DNA of 64,000 nucleotides from an uncultured Candidatus Saccharibacteria bacterium (GTDB lineage: Bacteria > Patescibacteriota > Minisyncoccia > Phycocordibacterales > CAIZLB01). The stretch is taken from positions 5,647 to 69,646 of the forward strand of contig CAZUJN010000003.1 of NCBI GenBank assembly GCA_964620475.1, in the 5' to 3' direction. Within the stretch, counting starts at the first letter, position 1; each line of letters starts with the position of its first letter. Position numbers and translations under genes: made by a program. The notes beneath the pieces are model-generated. The model worked only from the letters and a program-made list of their open reading frames with translations. It was not told the DNA's origin and made no database searches. Shown piece after piece: positions 19,301 through 28,665 of this stretch.

Positions 19301-19813
19301 TTATTTACCAAACACCTCTTTTCTTCTTCCGTTTGCAAATTCTATATAATCTCCCAAAGTATCCAATCCTATTTTTAAACGTCTTTCATTAACTGATTCA
19401 GGGTTTTCCAAATCAATAACCTCATAGGTTTGTTTTTCTTCATTGAAGGTTATTTGTGTACCATATAACTGTTGATCACCCTCTGCTATTCTTATCTTAT
19501 CTTCAAGATATGCCATATCTTTTTTATCAACTTCTTGATCTGAAAAATCTTTCATGTCTTCCAAAACTTTTTTCTTAAATTCAATATCTTGTGAATGTAA
19601 TAATACTGTAACAAAATGATGTGATGCTGATTTTCCAACTTTACTTATAGTCGGAAACCCTATTTGTTAATATATTGATTTTATCTTTTAAGAATTTTGA
19701 CTATCAATTTCTAAATCAAATTTGCCACCAGCTCGAGTTTCCTGATCTAACTTGTGTATTAATTCTATTTCGTCAGCAATGTCTTTATATGAGGGTATGA
19801 TTTCTTGATTCAT
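19301..19813 (-). pseudogene. DUF6624-like protein interrupted by two in-frame TAA codons
   Basis: One frame from ATG 19813 with TAA at codons 42 and 49, then GFPTISKVG, AYLEDKI, QLYGTQ and VNERRLKIGL. Confidence 0.75.
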
Positions 19814-19823
19814 AATGTTTTAA

Positions 19824-20204
19824 TTACCTATATTTTTTATAACCTTTTTTACTCATACAATTCATAACCTCTGTATTAAAACTTTGAGAATTTGTTTCTA
19901 TCAAACATTCTTCATTAGCAGTCATTCTTTTTTGCTCGGAATAATTTCCAGAAATCCATAGAATTAGTAACAAAAGAGCAAAAGCAATTAAACCTATAAA
20001 AAAATGCTTTGTACTTTTAAAAGAAAACCAAAGGATGTTTAAGATTAAATAAATTATGAGTAGTATAATTATTTGTATAGATAAAGTAAGGTTTCCAAGT
20101 ACCATATTTTGCAGACCTAATAGGTAAAGTATTGTTAGTGACAATACAATATAAGTAATTAGTTTTGATTTTGTAAAATAAAAAAATTGTTTTATTAAAT
20201 TCAT
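19824..20204 (-). CDS. Hypothetical membrane protein
   Basis: Three TM segments; TGg-TATAAT 7 nt before ATG. Confidence 0.7.
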   Translation of the reverse strand: MNLIKQFFYFTKSKLITYIVLSLTILYLLGLQNMVLGNLTLSIQIIILLIIYLILNILWFSFKSTKHFFIGLIAFALLLLILWISGNYSEQKRMTANEECLIETNSQSFNTEVMNCMSKKGYKKYR

Positions 20205-20514
20205 GGTGATAATTATACCACAACTATTAAGCCTTGATGTTAGCCGTGTTAGGGATTTTTCACATTTCTCATTTTAAATATTTTTTATACATATCAATAT
20301 AGCCATATAAACAAAGGTTCATATACACTTTACTCATAAAACATCAAAATCATTAATCGGAGCATTTGTATGTTGCTGATAAAATTTAATCGTACCCTTG
20401 AAAAGGGGTATAAAAAAATTGTCTAAACAATAATAAATTAACAATAAGCAAAAAAACAAAAACATGGAAAACAAAAATAAAACATAAATAAAAAAAATAT
20501 AAACAAACAAAATT

Positions 20515-21801
20515 ATGAGTAAAAAATTAAGCTGGACAACAACCCAAAAAACAATAAACGAATTAATCCCTCAAAAGATTAATCCCAGAACAATTACAGA
20601 AAAACAAATTTCCGATCTTACTAGAAGCTTGAAGAAGTATAACCTAGTAGAGATACCTGCTATAGACTTAGACGGGACAATACTGGCTGGTCACCAAAGG
20701 ATCAAAGTGATGAAGATACTCGGACGAGGTGATGAACTTATAGATGTCCGCATGCCAAATCGTAAATTAACAGAGCAGGAGTCAAATGAATACCTAATAG
20801 CTTCGAACAAACTCGGCGGAGACTGGGATTATGATCTGTTAAAGACATTTGAATTCGACACTCTTGAGTTTGCAGGATTCGACAAGATAGAACTTACTAA
20901 TATGTGGGATGGAGATAAGAAAGCTGAAGATGATGAATTTATCATAGAGAAAGAATTGAAAGAAATAAAGGTTCCAAAAACAAAGATTGGGGATATTATT
21001 AAACTTGGCAAGCATAAGATTATTTGTGGCGATTCCACTAAACAAGAAACACTCACAAGGCTTTTGGGTAATGAGAAGGTGTCAATGATTTATTCGGATC
21101 CAGTGTATAACATAAACGTGAACTATGGTGGTGGTATTGGAGGTCAACAAAATTATGGTGGTGATGTAAACGACTCAAGAACATTTGATGAGTACAGGAA
21201 GTTTTTAAAAAACAGTATCGAGTGTGCGTTGGCGGTATCCAAACAGCATACTCATATATTTTACTGGTGCGACCAGATATATATCGGAGTGGTGCAAGAT
21301 ATTTATAGATCATTAGGTATAGAGAATAAAAGAGTATGTCTATGGATAAAGAATAATCAAAACCCTGTCCCTACTGTAGCGTTTAATAAAGTGTATGAAC
21401 CAGTGGTTTATGGAGTTCGGGGAAAACCACATCTTACAAAAACCATCCAGAATCTAAATGAGGTGATGAACAAAGAACTAACCACAGGTAACAACCTACT
21501 GGAAGAAATAAATGACATATGGATAGCAAAAAGGCTTTCCTCAAAAGATTATGAACATGCAACATCTAAACCAATAGAACTTCATGAAAAAGCTATAAGA
21601 AGATGTAGTAAGATGGGTGATATTATCCTAGATAGTTTTCTTGGCTCTGGAAGCACATTGATTGCAGGAGAAGCTCTGGGTCGAAGAGTTTATGGGTGTG
21701 AACTTGAGCCAGTATTTTGTGATCTTATAATCCGTCGATACGAAAAACTTACTGGCACTAAAGCAGTGATAGAACACCATGAAGAAAAACAAGGTCTATA
21801 A
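20515..21801 (+). CDS. ParB/Srx-domain plus N6/N4 DNA methyltransferase fusion
   Basis: NPRTI and ILAGHQR ParB motifs; SDPVY, HATSKP and LDSFLGSGSTLIA methylase motifs. Confidence 0.88.
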   Translation: MSKKLSWTTTQKTINELIPQKINPRTITEKQISDLTRSLKKYNLVEIPAIDLDGTILAGHQRIKVMKILGRGDELIDVRMPNRKLTEQESNEYLIASNKLGGDWDYDLLKTFEFDTLEFAGFDKIELTNMWDGDKKAEDDEFIIEKELKEIKVPKTKIGDIIKLGKHKIICGDSTKQETLTRLLGNEKVSMIYSDPVYNINVNYGGGIGGQQNYGGDVNDSRTFDEYRKFLKNSIECALAVSKQHTHIFYWCDQIYIGVVQDIYRSLGIENKRVCLWIKNNQNPVPTVAFNKVYEPVVYGVRGKPHLTKTIQNLNEVMNKELTTGNNLLEEINDIWIAKRLSSKDYEHATSKPIELHEKAIRRCSKMGDIILDSFLGSGSTLIAGEALGRRVYGCELEPVFCDLIIRRYEKLTGTKAVIEHHEEKQGL

Positions 21802-22177
21802 AAATTTCTTAGAGGAATTAGAGAGAACACCTATAATTTCTATTGCCTGTGAAAAATCTAACATATCCAGAAATACCTTTTATCGTTGGATGAAGGAAGA
21901 TAAAAATTTTTCACTACTAGCAAATGAATCACTGAAAAGAGGTATTGATCTAGTTAACGACGTGGCTGAAAGTAATATCCTTAACGGTATCAAAAATCAG
22001 GATAGAAAATCAACCGAGTATTGGCTTAGTCATAGACACCCTGTATACAAAAAACAGAATTATTATCATAAGGAAGATACAAGAGCGTTGGATAAAAAAA
22101 ACCATGAACAAAAAATAGAAGAAGCAAGGCGAAGAATGACTGAGTTTCAAGATAAATGGTTTAAGAAAGGTAAATGA
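21779..22177 (+). CDS. Helix-turn-helix protein, small-terminase-like
   Basis: ISIACEKSNISRNTFYRW HTH; overlaps the methylase stop. Confidence 0.65.
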   Translation: MKKNKVYKNFLEELERTPIISIACEKSNISRNTFYRWMKEDKNFSLLANESLKRGIDLVNDVAESNILNGIKNQDRKSTEYWLSHRHPVYKKQNYYHKEDTRALDKKNHEQKIEEARRRMTEFQDKWFKKGK

Positions 22178-22178
22178 T

Positions 22179-22637
22179 TTACGACCTAACCTTATCTTTC
22201 AATTCATCAATTCTCTTCTTTACATTATATGGAGATTCGATATTTTTGAGTACAATCTCTAAACTACCAGATCCTGCTGTGTTTATAGCAATAGCACCTG
22301 AATGGCTTATCACTCTATCAAAAAAAGGTTCTCTAACATGAACATCGGTTATTTTCTGATAATCAATACTTGTTGTATTTGTAGATAGCCAACCTTTGTG
22401 TATTAAAATTCTTTTGTTAGTAAGTGCATAAACATTTGCAACTTTTTGGTAAAAACGAAAATTAAATAGAGCAATAAGAAATACAATTATTCCCATACCG
22501 AATGCTGGTAATAAAAATACACTCACTATACCCCAGATTATTAATTGTACTTTTAAGTATCTTCTACCTAGAGAAAACTCCAATTCTACTTTTTCGTCTG
22601 CATTTAGGGTTTTATCCCAGATTTTTTCATTTGTCAT
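22179..22637 (-). CDS. Bacterial PH-domain (bPH_2) membrane protein
   Basis: Two TMs then YALTNKRILIHKGWL, IDYQKITDV and GAIAINTAG. Confidence 0.8.
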   Translation of the reverse strand: MTNEKIWDKTLNADEKVELEFSLGRRYLKVQLIIWGIVSVFLLPAFGMGIIVFLIALFNFRFYQKVANVYALTNKRILIHKGWLSTNTTSIDYQKITDVHVREPFFDRVISHSGAIAINTAGSGSLEIVLKNIESPYNVKKRIDELKDKVRS

Positions 22638-22697
22638 AATTTTGCTTGATCGGCTTTAAAATTATTTGATAATAATGATGTGTTTTCTGTTGTATAC

Positions 22698-22794
22698 AAA
22701 AAGCCCATCACGGGTAAGAGCCGAAGCTCTTCGTACCAGTTTCCCGATACGGCGATCAAGCAAAACCCCATGACGGGTTCTTTACACTTGATCG
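22698..22794 (-). ncRNA. Candidate structured leader/antisense-type RNA
   Basis: Minus strand: cgatcaag/cttgatcg stem, gtatcgg-GAAA-ctggtac, aagagc-TTCG-gctctt, repeated acccgt(c/g)atggg, terminal T-tract. Confidence 0.55.
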
Positions 22795-22989
22795 ACTTTA
22801 GACCATATCCTTTAAAGTTAATTAAAGGGGTTAGGTCACAATTTGGTTGTAATTCCATAATACTTTATTTCAAAGTATTAGTCTATATTATATCGCTGAT
22901 TATAGCTTTTGCTAAGCTATTACGACCATGTAATAAAACCGCTGTTTTGCATAGCTATGCACCTGTAATGGTTGCGACACAATTGATAT

Positions 22990-24261
22990 ATGCAAGACAC
23001 AGAACTTAAATATTGCTTATACGCACGTAAATCAACCGAGGGGGATGAAAAACAAGCTTTATCAATAGACTCTCAGATAAAAGAAATGTTACAGATTGCA
23101 GAACGTGAAAACCTAAAAATTATCGAGATCAGAAAAGAATCACACTCAGCGAAGGAATCTAGTCAAAGACCAGTATTTGAAGAAATTGTTAAAGATATAG
23201 ATGGTGGTATTTTTAACTCAATAATAACTTGGGCACCTGATAGACTTTCTCGTAATGCAGGGGACCTTGGAAAATTAGTAGATAGAATGGATCAAAAAAA
23301 ATTAATTCAGATTAAAACTTTTGGACAAAATTTCACAAACTCTCCAAGTGATAAATTCCTATTAATGATTTTATGTTCTCAAGCAAAGCTTGAAAATGAT
23401 AATAAGAGTATCAATGTGAAGCGAGGTATGAGAACTCGTTGTGAGATGGGTTTATGGCCAGCACAACCACCCACAGGCTATAGAAAAGTAAATGATAGAA
23501 CTGCTAAGTGTGAAGTAGAGATTGATCCAGATAGATACAACACCATAAGACAAATATTTGAAAAAATTGCATATGAAAAGTGGAGCGTGTCTAAAGTTCA
23601 CGCATGGTTAAGATATGATATTAATTTCAAAACACAACGTGGATATAACTTAAGTATTGGAAATGTTTTTAAAATAATTAATAACACTTTTTACTATGGT
23701 AGATTTGAATTTCCTCAAGGAAGTGGTATTTGGTATGAAGGTATACATAAACCAATAATAACAAAAGAATTATTTGACGAGACACGAAGTGCTGTGAAAT
23801 CTCAAGTTATAAAATCACAAGGTAAAGAATTTGCTTTTACTAGAATTATGAAGTGTGGGGTGTGCGGATCTGGAATTACCGCTGATGAGAAGTTTAAGAA
23901 GATAAAGCATGGTGGAGTTAACAGATATGTATATTACAGATGCACAAAAGCAAAAGATAGGAATTGTAAAAATCCTGCTTTAAACGAAACTGAATTAATA
24001 GAATCTTTTATTAGTATGATTAATAAACTTAATATCAACAAAGTTAAACTTACAACAAAACTTGATATCGAGATACAAAAGTTCAAGAAGTTGCAAGCAA
24101 TGTTTTTAGGTAGAAAGAAAACAGAGAAAATAGAATCTATAGATCTTAAGGATTATATGAAATTTGTACTCAAGGAAGGCTCTATTTTAGAGCAAAGGGC
24201 TGTGTTGGAGTGTATCGAAAGTGAATTATTTATGAATAATAAAAAGATAAGAACTGATTAA
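22990..24261 (+). CDS. Large serine recombinase (resolvase, recombinase and zinc-ribbon domains)
   Basis: YARKS catalytic motif, WAPDRLSRN, PPTGY, HKPIITKELF, CGVCG and YYRC. Confidence 0.95.
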   Translation: MQDTELKYCLYARKSTEGDEKQALSIDSQIKEMLQIAERENLKIIEIRKESHSAKESSQRPVFEEIVKDIDGGIFNSIITWAPDRLSRNAGDLGKLVDRMDQKKLIQIKTFGQNFTNSPSDKFLLMILCSQAKLENDNKSINVKRGMRTRCEMGLWPAQPPTGYRKVNDRTAKCEVEIDPDRYNTIRQIFEKIAYEKWSVSKVHAWLRYDINFKTQRGYNLSIGNVFKIINNTFYYGRFEFPQGSGIWYEGIHKPIITKELFDETRSAVKSQVIKSQGKEFAFTRIMKCGVCGSGITADEKFKKIKHGGVNRYVYYRCTKAKDRNCKNPALNETELIESFISMINKLNINKVKLTTKLDIEIQKFKKLQAMFLGRKKTEKIESIDLKDYMKFVLKEGSILEQRAVLECIESELFMNNKKIRTD

Positions 24262-24262
24262 C

Positions 24263-26482
24263 TTAATTAATACCAAAGGTATTATAATGATCTATATCGA
24301 CACTCTTAATTACATCAAAATAATTTTTAATTCTCTGTTTACAGCCCTGTAAGACTGCAATATCATACTTTTCAAGACCTAAAAATTCATGTGATCCATG
24401 ATTAATGAAACGATTCATAACCTTCTCTTCTTGACCTACTTCCTGTACTATAATATCTTTTTGTGCAGGGTCTGTTTTTTTTAGTCTAATATCTTTATAG
24501 TTTGTATACAGTTGTTTTAGTTTGCTTTTTAAATCTCCATGACCATACTTAAAATGTAGAAAAGTTTCAATTGATCGACGAAGTAAATTGGCTGCCAAAA
24601 TTGCATCATCTAAACTCGTACTATCTTTTATATCATTAAGTTTAGTAATCGCATACAAATAGTCCGATCTATAGTTTTTAAGACTTTCATCAAGTATTTT
24701 TATTGATGACCCGGCATTATTCATACTTATTTGATAAAAGTTGACTAAATCATATTTAATTGTTCCGTCAGGCTTTTTATAATCCTGAAGTAGGTGTCCA
24801 AAAAAATCTAAATTGTGTGTAAAAATAAAATATTGCCGATTATCATCCTGCTCAATCTCACCAGACAGAATAGCATATACTTGGAAAAGTGAATCAGAAT
24901 CTAGACTGGATACAGGATCATCAATAACAATAATTGCATCATTATCTAATTTATCATCTTCATCATTAATTGAAAGTAAAAAATAAGCAAGCGCTAAGAA
25001 ATTTCTTTCACCTTCACTCAAATTGTCTAAACTACACTTTACGCTGTCTCTTTTTAAAACGTATCCAACTTCTTCAGTGGAATCATCAAGCTCTATTTTT
25101 TTATATGGAAAAGTTGAAGCCAACAATCTATTTATTCGATCAGCTGGAATTTGAACATTTTTTGCTTCTTTTTTAAGATCTTTTAATTCTTGTTCAAGTT
25201 TTTTTATTTCATTGCTCTTATCTAATCTACTTTTTAAGCAATCTGTGTAGACTTTCTTTTTATCAAGATATTTTAAATATTCAATGGCAACATAATGAGT
25301 TTCAACGGACCATGCTGTTTTATTGACATCAAAGACCTCTTCATCAATAAAGAGATTATTAAACTCACAAGAATCTATCCCTTTAATTTTATTTTCTTTT
25401 TTGATTTTTATTTTTTCTTGTAAAGTGATAAAAAAAGTTTTCAAACTCTTTTTCTCTGAAGTGTAAAAAAATTCGCAGGAAATAATCTCATTTAAAGCAT
25501 CTTCAGTGCTTTTACTTAAAATGTCTAATATATTATTTAATTCAATAACATCATTAGAAAAATTTTTTAATAATTCATCTCTGTTTTGAATTTTCGAACC
25601 ACAAAAAAGACAGGTATCGAGCTTCTCGTCCTCATTATAAAGTTTATGTATATCTACACCCTTTCTAACCCAATCTTCTTCTTTACCTCCGTCAGGATAA
25701 CTACTCATTCTCATGGATTTTTCATAAACTGGAGTAAATTTTAAATATTTATTTATTTTTTCTAGATTTTCAATTACCCAATAATTCCATTTCTTGAGAA
25801 TTTTATATTCTCTTTCTTTTTCAGATAAATTTGAAAGTGTCGCTAATAGTTTTTTTAATTTATCGTCGTCTTTTATAAAGTTTTCTAATTGATTACCTCT
25901 ATTAATCTGTTTTGACAGCCAGTCCACCCTTACCTCAAAAGAACTTTTATCATATCCTGTGAAATTTCCAACTCCTCCAGTAGCAGGATCTTTTTTAATA
26001 TGACCAATACCAGGTAGCAATTTAATGAATTTAGAAGCATTTTGAGATATATCTTCATACTCATTCTTGCACTGAGGAAGTTTAAGAAGCTCGTCTCTAG
26101 CAATATCTAATTCTTTTTGTTTGTTAGAGAAATCAACCTCTGTGGCACCTATTGCAACGACATATTTTAAATGAGTTTGATCTATAATCTTTTTTATATA
26201 ATCTTCATTAAAAACACGAATTTTACTTTCATAACCAGAAAGTTCGTCTTGTTTTTTTGCACCCGTATCAAATCCTACAGTAAAATTTGCTCCACTTATT
26301 TTACTTCCACTCTCAATTATCCCTTTCTCATAAGATTGTAGAATTCTAGATATAATCGTTTTTCCACACCCGTTCCAACCTAATAAAATATTTACTTTAC
26401 TATGAAATTCTGGAATAGTTGTGTCCCATTGAAAGTTTTTAAATGTACCGAAATTAATTGATTGTATCTTTTTAATTTTCAT
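24263..26482 (-). CDS. RloC-like AAA_13/SMC-type ATPase with Zn hook and C-terminal HEPN domain
   Basis: GWNGCGKT, VFNEDY, CLFC, LSEGE, IVIDDPVSSLD, FTHN; ANLLRRSIETF and RFINHGSH. Confidence 0.82.
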   Translation of the reverse strand: MKIKKIQSINFGTFKNFQWDTTIPEFHSKVNILLGWNGCGKTIISRILQSYEKGIIESGSKISGANFTVGFDTGAKKQDELSGYESKIRVFNEDYIKKIIDQTHLKYVVAIGATEVDFSNKQKELDIARDELLKLPQCKNEYEDISQNASKFIKLLPGIGHIKKDPATGGVGNFTGYDKSSFEVRVDWLSKQINRGNQLENFIKDDDKLKKLLATLSNLSEKEREYKILKKWNYWVIENLEKINKYLKFTPVYEKSMRMSSYPDGGKEEDWVRKGVDIHKLYNEDEKLDTCLFCGSKIQNRDELLKNFSNDVIELNNILDILSKSTEDALNEIISCEFFYTSEKKSLKTFFITLQEKIKIKKENKIKGIDSCEFNNLFIDEEVFDVNKTAWSVETHYVAIEYLKYLDKKKVYTDCLKSRLDKSNEIKKLEQELKDLKKEAKNVQIPADRINRLLASTFPYKKIELDDSTEEVGYVLKRDSVKCSLDNLSEGERNFLALAYFLLSINDEDDKLDNDAIIVIDDPVSSLDSDSLFQVYAILSGEIEQDDNRQYFIFTHNLDFFGHLLQDYKKPDGTIKYDLVNFYQISMNNAGSSIKILDESLKNYRSDYLYAITKLNDIKDSTSLDDAILAANLLRRSIETFLHFKYGHGDLKSKLKQLYTNYKDIRLKKTDPAQKDIIVQEVGQEEKVMNRFINHGSHEFLGLEKYDIAVLQGCKQRIKNYFDVIKSVDIDHYNTFGIN

Positions 26483-27461
26483 GACTCTTCAAATCTTTCA
26501 TTATTTTTTTTGCTAAAAAGTGTGCAAGGTTAACAGGTACAGCATTACCGATCATCTTATAGCCATTTGCCACATCATTATATTTAAAAATAAATGTATC
26601 AGGAAATGTCTGAACTCTTGCACATTCACGGACAGATAAACGACGATATAAATGTTCTTTTCCAGGAACAAATATTCTTTTATTTTGTTCAATAAATTTC
26701 ATTTTTGGAGCTTGTGGGTGGAGTGGAGCATGACGACCACCAGCCTGAATGGTAAAGGAAGGTTCATCCCAAGATCTAACACGATTTCTTGACATATATA
26801 TAGTCGAAAAACCACCAATCATGTACTCATGATTTGGAATTTTCAATTTATCACCATTAGTTTTATTTTTATCTTTTGCAGGTTTTGCTAATCGTAAATC
26901 GTAAATAGCATCCTTTAGAACAGGTTTATGCTTTTGAGGCTCAGGAAATTCAAATTTCTTTTTTAATTTTTTATGATATCCGACAATAATTACACGAAGT
27001 CTATCTTCAGGAACACCGTAATCATTTGCGTTTAATAATTTCCAAGAAATCACATACCCCGCACTCTCAAATGATTTAATTATGTTATTAAATGCATCTG
27101 CATGTTTTGGATGAAGTATACCTGAAACATTTTCTGCTAAAAAGAATTTTGGTTGTTTTTCTTTTAATAATCTAACATAATCAAAAAACAACTGACCTCT
27201 CTTATCATCTATACCACGACCAGCCCCGGCTTCACTCCAACTCTGACATGGTGGACCTCCAATAATTCCATCTACATCGGGTATATCTGAGTGGGATACG
27301 TTAACAATACTTCGTCGATCAAGTTTTGTTTTAGGAAAATTATGTTCAAAAGTCTCCCAAATAGTTGAATCATATTCATTAGCCCATACAACATGAAAAC
27401 CAGCCTTTTCAAAACCTAGATCGAGTCCTCCTGCACCAGTGAATAATGAAGCTATTTTCAT
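26472..27461 (-). CDS. C5-cytosine DNA methyltransferase, M.HaeIII-like
   Basis: SLFTGAGG, GGPPCQSWSEAG, ENV, FSTIYMSRNRVRSW and YKMIGNAVP; close to the HaeIII-type target-recognition region (GGCC). Confidence 0.92.
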   Translation of the reverse strand: MKIASLFTGAGGLDLGFEKAGFHVVWANEYDSTIWETFEHNFPKTKLDRRSIVNVSHSDIPDVDGIIGGPPCQSWSEAGAGRGIDDKRGQLFFDYVRLLKEKQPKFFLAENVSGILHPKHADAFNNIIKSFESAGYVISWKLLNANDYGVPEDRLRVIIVGYHKKLKKKFEFPEPQKHKPVLKDAIYDLRLAKPAKDKNKTNGDKLKIPNHEYMIGGFSTIYMSRNRVRSWDEPSFTIQAGGRHAPLHPQAPKMKFIEQNKRIFVPGKEHLYRRLSVRECARVQTFPDTFIFKYNDVANGYKMIGNAVPVNLAHFLAKKIMKDLKSHEN

Positions 27462-27465
27462 AAAT

Positions 27466-28446
27466 TTAATCTTTACTTATATTTAGTGTATTTTTAAATA
27501 ATGTTTTTGGAGCTTTTATAAGGTTTATATCAAACTTTAAAGAAGACTCCACCCTAGAACTTGCATTGTGTATCCTAAATGAAAGTACCCAGTCATTGTT
27601 CATTGTAACAATAGCAGTTGTAATACTATCATTTTTAAAATCAACATCTAAAATTTCTGTTGGGAGCGGAACTTTAGGTGTTTTGTATTTTGGTTGAATA
27701 TCTTTAAAAGGAAGATTTAGTGTTCCATTAATATTATAAGCATGTATCTCAATTGAGTTTTTACCTTTTATAACTTTATAAAAATCTTTATTTCCAACTA
27801 AATACGCGACTAGATTAGATGCAACTTTTACAGGATCTTTTTCATATAGATCTTTTAATTCTTTTATAAATGCTTTCAAAATTGGAGTATATACAGAAGT
27901 GTGGTAGTCACCTAGTTCACTCCATTTTTTCTTAGCACCACTTTCTTTTCTAATATTTTCAAGATTTTGAAAAATAGGTGTTATTGTATTAAAATATTCT
28001 TTAGAATTTTTTATTCCTAACCACTTATCTCCAAAATCTATATTTGAAGAGAGCCTAGAGTGTTTAACTGCTTTATGATTATTTTTTGCAGATACCCCAA
28101 TTTCCCATTTTTGGAGGAGACGAATAGCTATGACATCACGGACATCTCCAGATTTACCATGATTATCTGATAAGATTTCAAGTTGTAAAATATCATCCTT
28201 ACCGATATCATTTGAAAGTCTAGGCTCTATATCAATTAAGAAATTTACAGCAAAACTTGCCGACAATAAATATTCACTTTTTTCACTATTTGTAACACTG
28301 TCAAAACAACTTTTAGCAACACTAAAAGCAGAATTTGTAATAATCTCTATATTTGTCTTATCCTTAAGCTTCTCTTCAAAGGAAATAAGAAGAGCGTATT
28401 CGAAGGATTTTCCTGTTGTCATCTGTTTTGAATTTGTACTTGCCAT
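27466..28446 (-). CDS. Type II restriction endonuclease, HaeIII family
   Basis: GKSFEYA, GDVRDV, WEIGVSAKNNHKAVKHSRLS and SFRIHNASSRVESSLKFDI. Confidence 0.88.
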   Translation of the reverse strand: MASTNSKQMTTGKSFEYALLISFEEKLKDKTNIEIITNSAFSVAKSCFDSVTNSEKSEYLLSASFAVNFLIDIEPRLSNDIGKDDILQLEILSDNHGKSGDVRDVIAIRLLQKWEIGVSAKNNHKAVKHSRLSSNIDFGDKWLGIKNSKEYFNTITPIFQNLENIRKESGAKKKWSELGDYHTSVYTPILKAFIKELKDLYEKDPVKVASNLVAYLVGNKDFYKVIKGKNSIEIHAYNINGTLNLPFKDIQPKYKTPKVPLPTEILDVDFKNDSITTAIVTMNNDWVLSFRIHNASSRVESSLKFDINLIKAPKTLFKNTLNISKD

Positions 28447-28546
28447 AATTATAACAGTGATTATATCACATTAATTTATGCATAACACTGACATGAAAAA
28501 CCTTATCATTTCGACCCTTCTCGAGTGCTCGAACTAGTGCTCGACA

Positions 28547-28621
28547 TGGTGACCCCACGGAGAGTCGAACTCCGGTTAACAGATTGAGAACCTGCTGTCC
28601 TAACCACTAGACGATGGGGCC
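28547..28621 (-). tRNA. tRNA-Glu(CTC)
   Basis: Cloverleaf ggccccatcgtctagtggttagga...tt-CTC-aa...gttcgact...ggggtcacca with encoded CCA. Confidence 0.95.
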
Positions 28622-28665
28622 TATACACAAGAATATATCACATTATTTTATAAATAAAAACCCCT

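Larger units (their letters stand above)
17270..28546. mobile_element. Genomic island with a large serine recombinase, adjacent to tRNA-Glu(CTC)
   Basis: Recombinase, ParB-methylase, R-M and RloC-like cargo, a pseudogene; ccttctcg / gacccttctcg / agtgctcga motifs shared at both ends; boundaries approximate. Confidence 0.7.

Noticed and set aside
19301-19813. Stop-codon reassignment (alternative genetic code)
   Set aside because: TAA terminates most housekeeping genes here and other ORFs are intact under code 11
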